A stretch of DNA of 27,968 nt from Deferribacterales bacterium (GCA_050253335.1 JBFWJG010000036.1:1-27968); one strand, 5' to 3'. Shown: positions 8,336 through 16,959, counted from the first letter of the stretch. The notes: a model not told the origin generated them from the sequence alone. Program-made: numbers and translations.

Positions 8336-9546
8336 TTCTCTGCATGGATATGGACGCTTTTTTCGCATCGGTTGAACAGGCCTCCAATCCGTCTTTGCGA
8401 GGAAAGCCCATAGCTGTTGTGGGGGCGAAGGAGCGCACTGTTGTTGTCACTTCGTCTTACGAAGCCCGCAAATACGGCGTTAAAACAGGCATGAGCAAAT
8501 ACGAAGCGCTGAAGGTCTGCCCTTTTCTGACTGTTGTGAATGCGCGTAACAGAAAATATACTTATGTATCAAAGGAAATAACCGCTTTTTTGTTCAGAAT
8601 CACCCCCCATGTGGAGCCTTATTCCATTGATGAGGCATTTCTTGACATCAGCGGCACAGGCATAGCTCCGCAGGATGCGGCCTACATGATAAAAAGCTTT
8701 GTTAAGAAAAACTTCGGCATAACCTGCTCAATCGGCGCCGGACCGAACAAATTCATAGCGAAGATGGCAAGCGGTGTCAAAAAGCCGGATGGCTATTACT
8801 GTGTGGAAAAAGACAATGTGATCGGCTTTCTGGACAGGTTTCCTCTGAAAAGCTTCTGGGGAATCGGGCGCAGGCTGAGCAGACGCTTTGCGGATATGGG
8901 GGTTTTCTCCCCTGCGGATCTCAGGGCGCTGGGCAGGGAGCGTCTTGTGGAGATGTTCGGTGTCAACGGGGATTTTCTGTACGGCCTTGCCTGCGGTGAG
9001 TACGCCTCCGGAGTGAAAACCGAAGAGGAGCCCATGAAGTCCATCGGGCACAGCCTGACCCTGCCTGAGAATATTTCATCAAGGGAAGAGGCGGCAGGCT
9101 ATCTGCTCCAGCTTTCGGACATGGTTTCATCGAGGGCGAGGCGGCTTCGCTATTCCGGCAAAACAATAAGTGTGACGATACGCTATCCTGATATGGGAAC
9201 CTTCTCGCAGGCTCATACCATCCCTTTTTTCACCTCCGCCACGCACCACATATACGCCGAAGCGCTGGATGTGTTTGATAAGCTCTGGAACGGCAGTGAC
9301 ATAAGACTTCTGGGCGTGTGCCTCTCAAGCCTTGTGCCGGACTGCGTGACCCTTTACAACATAGAGGACAGCGGCAAAAACTGGGAAGGGCTGTACTCCG
9401 CAATGGATGAGATAAATTCCAAATACGGCGAGCGCACTCTTCTGTTCGGCTCCGTGCTGAACTGCCGCCGCAAAGGCTCAAGCGTTATCTCCCCCGCATG
9501 GCGCCCCACGGGCGGCAGGCATGTGAATATTATTGACGGGAACTAA
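8332..9546 (+). CDS. dinB: Y-family DNA polymerase (DinB/Pol IV-like) with C-terminal extension
   Basis: Catalytic motifs DMDAFFASVE, SYEARKYGV, SIDEAFLD, AKMAS..KKPDG and HhH WGIG are all intact. Confidence 0.92.
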   Translation: MILCMDMDAFFASVEQASNPSLRGKPIAVVGAKERTVVVTSSYEARKYGVKTGMSKYEALKVCPFLTVVNARNRKYTYVSKEITAFLFRITPHVEPYSIDEAFLDISGTGIAPQDAAYMIKSFVKKNFGITCSIGAGPNKFIAKMASGVKKPDGYYCVEKDNVIGFLDRFPLKSFWGIGRRLSRRFADMGVFSPADLRALGRERLVEMFGVNGDFLYGLACGEYASGVKTEEEPMKSIGHSLTLPENISSREEAAGYLLQLSDMVSSRARRLRYSGKTISVTIRYPDMGTFSQAHTIPFFTSATHHIYAEALDVFDKLWNGSDIRLLGVCLSSLVPDCVTLYNIEDSGKNWEGLYSAMDEINSKYGERTLLFGSVLNCRRKGSSVISPAWRPTGGRHVNIIDGN

Positions 9547-9753
9547 TCAGCTTGTGTGGCACTCCCTGGAACAGTGAAAGCAGCCGTTCGCTCTTGGGTA
9601 TTTCTTTTTTGCTTCAAAAACTGCTCCATGACATGAAGGGAAATCTCCCAGATATTCTCTGTTCTGCGGTTCAGGCATCCATGAACACCCATCCTTATGG
9701 ACTTCATGATCTCCGTTTGCCTGTGCGTTTTTATTTACATAATAATGTGCCAT
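9547..9753 (-). CDS. Small 68-aa Cys/His-rich hypothetical protein, putative metal binder
   Basis: Strong SD (GGAGG) upstream; HEVH...C...C...CFHC...CH pattern; stop abuts the polymerase stop. Confidence 0.8.
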   Translation of the reverse strand: MAHYYVNKNAQANGDHEVHKDGCSWMPEPQNREYLGDFPSCHGAVFEAKKKYPRANGCFHCSRECHTS

Positions 9754-9847
9754 AACGTGCCTCCTTTTATTCTCAAATTGTAACTTAAAATAACATAGTG
9801 ATCAATTATCATGGGATAGATCTTAAATTTTTTTTGCTGAGCACTCC

Positions 9848-9875
9848 TTGCGTTCTAAAAAATTCATATTATAAT
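9848..9875 (+). promoter_or_regulatory. Probable promoter for terC
   Basis: TTGCGT (9848-9853), 16-bp spacer, TATAAT (9870-9875). Confidence 0.5.
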
Positions 9876-9880
9876 AATCA

Positions 9881-9960
9881 GCGTACCGGGCCCCTCTGGC
9901 ATTTTGTCCCCGAAATGCGATGTCGGTATGTTCCGTGCGGAACCCAAATATGGGGCTGAG
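9881..9960 (+). ncRNA. Structured cis-regulatory leader candidate upstream of terC
   Basis: GC-rich leader with several helices, one pairing GGCCCC (9889-9894) with the RBS-region GGGGCT (9952-9957). Confidence 0.45.
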
Positions 9961-9967
9961 ATGTTCT

Positions 9968-10951
9968 ATGAATACCTTTCATGCGTTCCTTTTTTCGGAC
10001 TTTCTTCACAAACCCGTGTGGATGTGGCTTGTTTTTCTGGCCGTTGTTTTGTTCCTGCTTGTGCTTGATCTGGGTGTTTTCAACCGTAAGGATCACGAGA
10101 TAGGTGTTAAGGAAAGCCTTCTTATGTCTGCTTTCTACATCGGCATAGGCCTGCTTTTCAGCCTCTGGGTAGGTAAAATACTCGGTAGTGAAAAAGCCTT
10201 TGAGTACCTCACCGGATTTGTGGTGGAAAAGACTCTTGCTATGGACAACATATTTGTCATAGCAATGATTTTCTCTTACTTCTGCGTGCCGAGGATATAC
10301 CAGCACAGGGTGCTTTTCTGGGGCATTCTGGGAGTAATCGTTCTCCGCGGTATAATGATAGGTGTGGGTGCGAAGCTTGTCAGCGAGTTTGAGTGGGTGC
10401 TTTATCTGTTCGCCGCGTTCCTTATTTACTCCGGAGTGAAGATGCTTTTCAAGGGGGATGATGAGGAAGATCTGAGCGCAAACCCTGTGCTGAGATTTAT
10501 CCGTAAAAAAATAAGGGTGACAAGAGATTTCCACGGACACAGCTTTCTTGTTTACCGCACAAACCCCAGAACAGGGCATAAGTTTCTCTATGCAACTCCG
10601 CTTCTTCTGGCGCTTGTTTTTATCGAGATAGCGGATATTATCTTCGCTGTGGATTCGGTTCCGGCAGTGTTCAGCATCACTACAGACGCTTACATTGTTT
10701 ACACCAGCAACATATTTGCGATTCTGGGCTTAAGATCGCTTTACTTTGCTCTTTCAGCAGTGATTTCAAAGTTTTATTACCTGAAATACGCTCTTTCTTT
10801 AGTGCTGATATTCATAGGTTCCAAGATATTTGTTTCCGAGATGCTGCATCTGGTGAAGATTCCGCCTGCGGTGAGCCTGAGTGTGACTCTCGCCATACTT
10901 GCGGCGGGAATAGGTTTTTCTCTTGTGAAAGGGGAGGATAAAAAAGCCTAG
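9968..10951 (+). CDS. terC: TerC/Alx-family integral membrane protein
   Basis: VEKTLAMDNIFV, QHRVLFWGILG, DIIFAVDSVPA, YTSNIFAILGLRSLYF; likely start ATG 9968. Confidence 0.92.
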   Translation: MNTFHAFLFSDFLHKPVWMWLVFLAVVLFLLVLDLGVFNRKDHEIGVKESLLMSAFYIGIGLLFSLWVGKILGSEKAFEYLTGFVVEKTLAMDNIFVIAMIFSYFCVPRIYQHRVLFWGILGVIVLRGIMIGVGAKLVSEFEWVLYLFAAFLIYSGVKMLFKGDDEEDLSANPVLRFIRKKIRVTRDFHGHSFLVYRTNPRTGHKFLYATPLLLALVFIEIADIIFAVDSVPAVFSITTDAYIVYTSNIFAILGLRSLYFALSAVISKFYYLKYALSLVLIFIGSKIFVSEMLHLVKIPPAVSLSVTLAILAAGIGFSLVKGEDKKA

Positions 10952-12381
10952 GCTTCTTCCTCTTCTGATTTTCTTTCGGGTCTTTCAAACAGGGCGGCGA
11001 CGAATGTGTTGCCCCCTTTTTTGTTCTTTTCCAGCGTTATGGAGCCGTCATAGAGCCCTGTGATATGCTTAACGATTGAGAGACCGAGACCGGTTCCCGT
11101 CTGTTTTCTGTTTTTGGATTTGTTCACTGTGTAAAAACGCTCGAATATTCTTTCCCTGTCCTCATCCGGAATAACGGGGCCTTCATCCGCCACCTGAATA
11201 ACAGTTTCGTCATCCTTCCTGCTGATGCTTATCTCTATAACACTGCTTATGCTGTACTTGTGGGCATTGTCTGTGAGGTTTGTAAGCAGGGTCATGAAAT
11301 GCTCCCTGAGAACGGGAATTTCAGTGCAGTCTGCCTTGAAAACAGTTTTTGTCTCAAAGCCTTCATAGCGCTCGTTCAGCTCCGCCAGAGCAGAATCAAG
11401 CTGAAGAGGCTCGTCCACGCTGAAGCCGTCCGGTATGTGCTCAAGTCTGTGGAGCTCCAGAATATCGTTTATGATATTGTTAAGCCGCTTTGAGTTGCTG
11501 TGGATTATGGTGAGAAACTTCTCAAGATTCTTTCTGTCAACGGAAGTATTGGAAAGAAGCGTCTCGGCATAGCCCATAATCATGGCGAGAGGGGTTTTGA
11601 GTTCATGGGTTATATTGCCGATGAGTTCCGTCTTGAAGTCCTCATACTGGGTGCGCTCGGTTATATTGTAGAGGACAATGAGTATCTCTTTATCAAGATA
11701 GCGCACGTGGACATCAAACATCTTCTGCCGCAGTTCGAGGTGGTGAATACCGTCCTCCTGCCACTCCAGAACCCTGCTGATGAAGTTGATAGTGTCCATA
11801 CTGTTGAGTGAGTCGACTATGTTTCTGCCGTGGGTGAGCTCACTGCCGAGATGCTCCGCCGCTTTGCTGTTGAAGTGTTTTATCCTGTGCGATGTGTCCA
11901 GAAGGATGATGCCTTCATTGAGTATGCTGAAGACATGCTGAAGCTTATGGCGTTCGTTCTCAAGCTCGTTCTGCTTTTTTGTCATTGAACTGTACATGCG
12001 GTGGAATATGTCCGACACTTTGGACATGGTTTTATCCCCGAAGACGGGAAAGCTGATGTTTTTATCGCCGGCTTCAATCCTGTCCGCTATATCTGCAAGC
12101 TTCCGCATCGGAACAGAAATTCTGCCCGCCAGAAGAAAGGAGATAAGACCGGAGGTGGCAACAGAGAGAAGCAGAAGGCGGAAGTTGTAGTCAAGCGCCT
12201 TTCTGTTGTGTTCCGTGTCTGCGCTGTCTGATTTCTGGGAAAAAGCAGGGCTTCTTCCGGCGGCCTCGCGGCTGCGCAGCTCAGCATCTTCCGCCAGTCT
12301 GCCGGAGTAGTGAAGGGTAAGCATCAGCACAAGGGTGACCGGAACAAAGATGGTGAAGAAAATGCCGGTGAAAAGTCTCAT
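10948..12381 (-). CDS. phoR: PhoR-like sensor histidine kinase (HAMP, PAS, HisKA, HATPase)
   Basis: NITHELKTPL, RIFERFY.V.KS, GTGLGLSIVKHI; in an operon with phoU and phoB. Confidence 0.85.
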   Translation of the reverse strand: MRLFTGIFFTIFVPVTLVLMLTLHYSGRLAEDAELRSREAAGRSPAFSQKSDSADTEHNRKALDYNFRLLLLSVATSGLISFLLAGRISVPMRKLADIADRIEAGDKNISFPVFGDKTMSKVSDIFHRMYSSMTKKQNELENERHKLQHVFSILNEGIILLDTSHRIKHFNSKAAEHLGSELTHGRNIVDSLNSMDTINFISRVLEWQEDGIHHLELRQKMFDVHVRYLDKEILIVLYNITERTQYEDFKTELIGNITHELKTPLAMIMGYAETLLSNTSVDRKNLEKFLTIIHSNSKRLNNIINDILELHRLEHIPDGFSVDEPLQLDSALAELNERYEGFETKTVFKADCTEIPVLREHFMTLLTNLTDNAHKYSISSVIEISISRKDDETVIQVADEGPVIPDEDRERIFERFYTVNKSKNRKQTGTGLGLSIVKHITGLYDGSITLEKNKKGGNTFVAALFERPERKSEEEEA

Positions 12382-13049
12382 GTATCGGCGCGGTATCCTA
12401 TTTTCGGTACTGATTTGATGATTTTTCCTTTATCGCCGAGTTTCTTTCTCAGGGAGGAGATGTGGGTGTCAACCGTTCTGGAGTACACATCAGTGTCATA
12501 TCCCCACACGGCGTTTAGGAGCTGGTTTCTGGTGAAGACTCTTTTCGGGTTCCTGAGGAAGGTCACAAGCAGTTCATATTCCTTGTTGGTGAGCACGATT
12601 TCATCTCCGTCGGCTTTGACTGTGTAGTTCACGGTGTCAATTGTTATGCCGGATTCGGAGATAATCTTGTTTTCCATAGCGGGTGTGCGGCGGAGGATCG
12701 CTTTTACCTTGGCGGCAAGTATGTTCATACTGAAAGGCTTGGTGAGATAGTCGTCCGCGCCGTTTTCAAGCCCCTTGATTATGTCGTTCTCCGTGTTCTT
12801 GGCGGATATGATTATCACGGGGATGTGGACGTATTTCTGATTGTGGCGCACTATGCTGAGGAAATCCATTCCTTTCAGTCCGGGAAGCATGAGATCAAGC
12901 AGTATTACATCGGGACTGAAGTTTTCGAGGTGGATTAGCCCGTCATTGGCATCTGCGGAGCATATTACTTCGTAGTTTTTCTGCTCCATATTAAACTTGA
13001 TCAGATCGCTCATTTCCTCGTGGTCTTCAATAACCAGTATTTTTATCAT
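12378..13049 (-). CDS. phoB: PhoB/OmpR-family response regulator
   Basis: LDLMLP, GADDYLTKPFS, wHTH SRTVDTHISSLRKKL; lies downstream of phoU. Confidence 0.87.
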   Translation of the reverse strand: MIKILVIEDHEEMSDLIKFNMEQKNYEVICSADANDGLIHLENFSPDVILLDLMLPGLKGMDFLSIVRHNQKYVHIPVIIISAKNTENDIIKGLENGADDYLTKPFSMNILAAKVKAILRRTPAMENKIISESGITIDTVNYTVKADGDEIVLTNKEYELLVTFLRNPKRVFTRNQLLNAVWGYDTDVYSRTVDTHISSLRKKLGDKGKIIKSVPKIGYRADT

Positions 13050-13100
13050 ATCGACTCCTTTCCTGCGCGCCCGAAGGCTTTTTCAGGCGCGCTGAGGCCG

Positions 13101-13760
13101 TCAGTCCAGCTTCTGGTGGCGCACAACCTTTCCTTCCACCATGAAGTAGACAAGCTCGGCAATATTGGTTGCGTGGTCGGCTATCCGCTCTATGCATCTT
13201 GTTATCTGCATCAGGGAGATCACCCCCGCTGTTTTTTTGATGTCCTCTGCGATGTATGTGAGAAGCTCACGTATAATCTGCGAGTGCAGGCCGTCTATTA
13301 TGTCATCTCTTTTGATTACATGGTATGCCGCGCCTGTGTCTTTGTTGAAGTAAGCGTTGACTGCGTCATTCAGCATGACCGCCGATGCCTCGCCCATTTT
13401 CGGCAGGTCTATGTAGGGCTTTATCTGCGGAATTTCGTTCAGCTTGAGCACTTCCTTGGCGATATCCACGCTATAATCGCCTATGCGTTCAAGATCCACA
13501 ATGATTCTGGACGCTGTGAGAACAAAGCGGAGATCCACCGCCTTCGGCTCATAAAGGGCAAGGATCTTGCGGCAGAGCGCGTCCACCTCTATGTCAAGAT
13601 TGTCCACCTTGTCATCCCAGGCGATAATCTCTCTTGCGAGGTCGCTGTTGCGCTCAACAAGGCTTCTTACCGAGCCTTCGATCATTGTCTCGCATTCCTT
13701 TGCCATTTCCGCTATCAGAGCTTTAAGCCTGATATAATCAGTTTCATGCTGCTGTGACAT
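13101..13760 (-). CDS. phoU: Phosphate signalling protein PhoU
   Basis: EPKAVDLR, DLERIGD, IERIADHATNIAE; start ATG 13760 follows SD GAAGGGG. Confidence 0.95.
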   Translation of the reverse strand: MSQQHETDYIRLKALIAEMAKECETMIEGSVRSLVERNSDLAREIIAWDDKVDNLDIEVDALCRKILALYEPKAVDLRFVLTASRIIVDLERIGDYSVDIAKEVLKLNEIPQIKPYIDLPKMGEASAVMLNDAVNAYFNKDTGAAYHVIKRDDIIDGLHSQIIRELLTYIAEDIKKTAGVISLMQITRCIERIADHATNIAELVYFMVEGKVVRHQKLD

Positions 13761-13928
13761 ATAACACCCCTTCATCAAACATAAATGTTATATTCATCCG
13801 CATATGCAGGTTTTGAAGTCTGTACATATTGCCTGTGGAGAATACTTTTATTCATTATATCAAACGCGCACTTTTATTAACATGAGTTTGGAGCTCATTT
13901 TGAAAAACAATTTAACATATTTCAATTC

Positions 13929-13967
13929 TGTGACGCCAATGTGAGATAAATGTCAAATAGATGTTAA
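13929..13967 (-). promoter_or_regulatory. Pho-box-like array of four hexamers in 11-bp phase
   Basis: Minus strand reads TTAACA-tctat-TTGACA-tttat-CTCACA-ttggc-GTCACA upstream of phoU. Confidence 0.7.
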
Positions 13968-14079
13968 TTAATTCATTTTTCCTTACGGGGTAAACTTTTT
14001 TGAACATATATACATAATTTACCTTTCAATTTATTTTAGACTGTATTAAACTTTGTTAGACAAAAACGCAGGAGTGTTT

Positions 14080-14508
14080 ATGAGAGACAGAGCGCTTTCC
14101 GGAAGCATGGAAGATTACCTTGAGACTATTCTTCTGCTTCAAAAGGAGAACCCCGTTGCCAGAGCGAAAGAGATTTCGGAAAAGCTCGGCGTCAAGATGT
14201 CGTCGGTAACAAACGCACTCAAGCACCTTTCCGAAAAAGGCTTCATTAACTACGACCGCTACAGCTTCATTACCCTCACCAAGGAAGGGGAGAAGTACGC
14301 TGAAAACATTTTTCTCCGCCATGAGGTTCTTAAAAAATTCCTCAAAACTGTTGTGGGACTGAGCGAAGATCATGCGGAGGAGAACGCCTGCCGTATGGAA
14401 CATGTAATGGACATGGATGTTATCAGCAGGATCAATAAGCTTGTGGAGTTTCTGGAGAGAGAGAACATTTCTCAGGAATTTAAAAAATACCTTGACGGAA
14501 CAGACTAG
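14080..14508 (+). CDS. DtxR/MntR-family metal-dependent repressor (two-domain, no FeoA/SH3 tail)
   Basis: SMEDYLETI, HTH, RHE..KKFL, ENACRMEH; ATG 14080 follows SD AGGAG. Confidence 0.92.
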   Translation: MRDRALSGSMEDYLETILLLQKENPVARAKEISEKLGVKMSSVTNALKHLSEKGFINYDRYSFITLTKEGEKYAENIFLRHEVLKKFLKTVVGLSEDHAEENACRMEHVMDMDVISRINKLVEFLERENISQEFKKYLDGTD

Positions 14509-14518
14509 CAACAACGCG

Positions 14519-14549
14519 GGCAGCCCTGAAACGGCTGCCTTTATTTTTT
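14519..14549 (+). terminator. Intrinsic terminator after the DtxR/MntR gene
   Basis: GGCAGCC-ctgaaac-GGCTGCC followed by TTTATTTTTT. Confidence 0.7.
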
Positions 14550-15269
14550 CAGGGCGGTTATCTCCCTGAGCAGTTTTCCGGCTACGGAGGTGAGAAGACT
14601 CATCTCCCTTGCCGACCATTCCTTTGAGTCAAACATCATGTTTATTTCCCTAAGCTTCAGCTCGTTGTTAACCCCGTTGAGATAGCCCGACACACTGAGC
14701 AGTTCTGCGAACTTATCACGGAAAATGCGTTTCTCTTCCGCTGAAGCGAAGTCCTGTCTGTCTATTTGTATTTCTGTTTCGGAAAATGCCTGCCTAAGTC
14801 CCCACAGAACAACCAGAACCGCATGGGAAAGGTTCATGCTGGGGCAGGTGTCCTCCGTGGGCAGGGAGACCCTGTAGCGGCACGCAGAGAGGTGTTCGTT
14901 GGAGAGTCCTCTGGCTTCGTTGCCGAAGAGAAGTCCTATCGTTTTTCCTGCGGCTATTTCGGTTTTTACGGTTTCGGCAAGTGAGGAATAAGGAAGGGCG
15001 CTGTCCCACGGGTTTCTGGGGCTGAAGCCTATCAGTATGTCTGTTCCGGCTGTGAGTTCTTCAAAGGATGTTTTCTTGAGGGCATTGTCAAGAATGCGGG
15101 AAGCATGAACCGCATACCTTGACGCCGCCTGCTCCCTTCCGGAAAGGGGGCCTGTGAGCTTCAGTCTTTCAAATCCGGTATTCGCCATTATCCGGGCTAT
15201 GTAGCCCAGATTGGCCGCTCCTTCAGGTTCAGACAGAAGTACAGTGATTCTTTCTTTCGGGTTCAGCAT
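14541..15269 (-). CDS. SPOUT RNA methyltransferase, TrmJ/LasT-like
   Basis: EPEGAANLGYIARIMAN, LLFGNEARGLSNEHL, SMNLSHAV. Confidence 0.88.
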   Translation of the reverse strand: MLNPKERITVLLSEPEGAANLGYIARIMANTGFERLKLTGPLSGREQAASRYAVHASRILDNALKKTSFEELTAGTDILIGFSPRNPWDSALPYSSLAETVKTEIAAGKTIGLLFGNEARGLSNEHLSACRYRVSLPTEDTCPSMNLSHAVLVVLWGLRQAFSETEIQIDRQDFASAEEKRIFRDKFAELLSVSGYLNGVNNELKLREINMMFDSKEWSAREMSLLTSVAGKLLREITALKK

Positions 15270-15962
15270 TCAGGCTTTGTTGCTGAGGCTCAGCATAAGA
15301 CGGTAGTTCTTCATTACCTTGCTGTAGTAAACCTGCGGAAGACCGCTTCCGCTCTGGAGCTTTTTGCGCAGGTTTCCCGGCCCGAGGTTATAGGCGATTA
15401 TGGCGTGTTTCTGGTTGTCATATTTATTCATGAGGTAGGAGAGGTAGCCTATGCCGAGTTTGATGTTTGTGACGGGGTCAAAAAGCTCATCAGCCTTTCG
15501 TATGTCCACATCAGGCTTCTGATCGGATATGTAGCGGGCTGTTCCGGGCAGAAGCTGCATCAGCCCCATAGCGCCTTTGTTAGATACTGATTTTCTGTTA
15601 AACGAGCTTTCCGTCTTGATTACAGCAAGCACCAGATAGGGGTCTATGCTGTGTTTGCGGGATTCGCTTACTATGAGGTATGCAAGATCCATTGTTGACA
15701 GACCGCCCTGGGAGCGGCTGAATGTTGATAAAATATCCCTGACATCCAGAACCTGTGTTGCGAATGTCATTTTTTCCCTTTCAGCGTTCAGTTTCTCTGA
15801 TACGCTGACCATTTTGCTTTGCTGTTCCTGCGCTTTTTCTTCCATACCGCCGAGATTGTAGTTTACGATGTTAAGGAAGAAGAAGTTCACGGCGAGCAGG
15901 AAGAATATAAACACTGACAGCATCAGCGCTATAGGTCTAGCCTGCATTTCGATAGCTTTCAT
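15270..15962 (-). CDS. Lytic transglycosylase (SLT domain) with N-terminal TM and coiled coil
   Basis: AVIKTESSFN, GAMGLMQL, AYNLG. Confidence 0.92.
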   Translation of the reverse strand: MKAIEMQARPIALMLSVFIFFLLAVNFFFLNIVNYNLGGMEEKAQEQQSKMVSVSEKLNAEREKMTFATQVLDVRDILSTFSRSQGGLSTMDLAYLIVSESRKHSIDPYLVLAVIKTESSFNRKSVSNKGAMGLMQLLPGTARYISDQKPDVDIRKADELFDPVTNIKLGIGYLSYLMNKYDNQKHAIIAYNLGPGNLRKKLQSGSGLPQVYYSKVMKNYRLMLSLSNKA

Positions 15963-16175
15963 TCTTTAAATGACGCTCCTTGCGTAAATTAGGTTTTTAC
16001 CGGTCCTATTAACGGACAAATCATTCACTGAAAAATTCAGATTACAAAACCTTAATTTTGGTATCATCATGCTTCTTATTGCGAAAAAATAGTCCATGGA
16101 GTATGAAGTGTAAAGTGAAAAAATTACACTTCGCTCAAAAATACTGACAGGATAAAGGAAAAAAATTCAATTTTT

Positions 16176-16856
16176 ATGTTCCGTTTCCCTCCGCTTTTCA
16201 AAGCAGAATTTATAAAACGATATAAAAGGTTTTTCACGGATGTGCTGAAAGACGGCATAGTAACAACTGTTCATAATCCCAATACCGGCTCGATGAAAAA
16301 CCTCCTCACCCCCGGAAATCCCGTCCTGTGCTCTGTTTCAGATAACCCTGCCCGAAAGCTGCCCTGCACCCTTGAGGCTATGTGCGTTAACGGCGAGTGG
16401 CTTGTGGTTAACACCATGGTTGTGAACCGTATAGCCGAGAGCGCAATAAACGAAGGCGAGATTGAGGAGTTGGGCTGTGTCAGCCTGTGCCGCAGGGAAT
16501 ATCCATATGATGAGGCGCGGTTGGATTTCTATGTGGAGTCGGACAGGGGAAAGCTCCTGATAGAGGTGAAAAACTGCACCCTGTACGATGACGAAACAGT
16601 GATGTTTCCCGATGCGGTGACAACGAGAGGCAAAAAGCATCTGGAAGTGCTTCAGAGAGCAGTCAAAGACGGATACGGCGCATATATGCTGTATATGTGT
16701 CAGGTGAAACGGGGCTCTTTCCGTCCCGCACATGAGATTGATCCCGCTTACGCCGCCGAGTTTGAGCGGGCAAAGGCCGCCGGAGTGAAAATTCTGGTTT
16801 ATTACACTGACTTTGATCCGGAAGAGGGGACAGTCAGGCTGAGGAAGATGATTTAG
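16176..16856 (+). CDS. sfsA: SfsA-family nuclease-like protein
   Basis: KRYKRFFTDV, HNPNTGSM, RLDF, IEVKN, FPDAVTTRGKKHL. Confidence 0.93.
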   Translation: MFRFPPLFKAEFIKRYKRFFTDVLKDGIVTTVHNPNTGSMKNLLTPGNPVLCSVSDNPARKLPCTLEAMCVNGEWLVVNTMVVNRIAESAINEGEIEELGCVSLCRREYPYDEARLDFYVESDRGKLLIEVKNCTLYDDETVMFPDAVTTRGKKHLEVLQRAVKDGYGAYMLYMCQVKRGSFRPAHEIDPAYAAEFERAKAAGVKILVYYTDFDPEEGTVRLRKMI

Positions 16857-16959
16857 TTTTCCCCCTCGGATCGCTCCGTCTCATATTATAAATATACAAG
16901 AATCCTTAAATCGTGTACAATAAGTGAATTGTGTGAAAACTTAGTGTTTAGGGGAATGT

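Noticed and set aside
9881..9960. yybP-ykoY Mn riboswitch
   Set aside because: The characteristic GGGGAGUA-type 5' motif is not visible; kept only as an unassigned structured leader.
10948..10951. 4-bp convergent overlap (CTAG) of the terC and phoR stops
   Set aside because: A common compact arrangement; nothing further supports a function.
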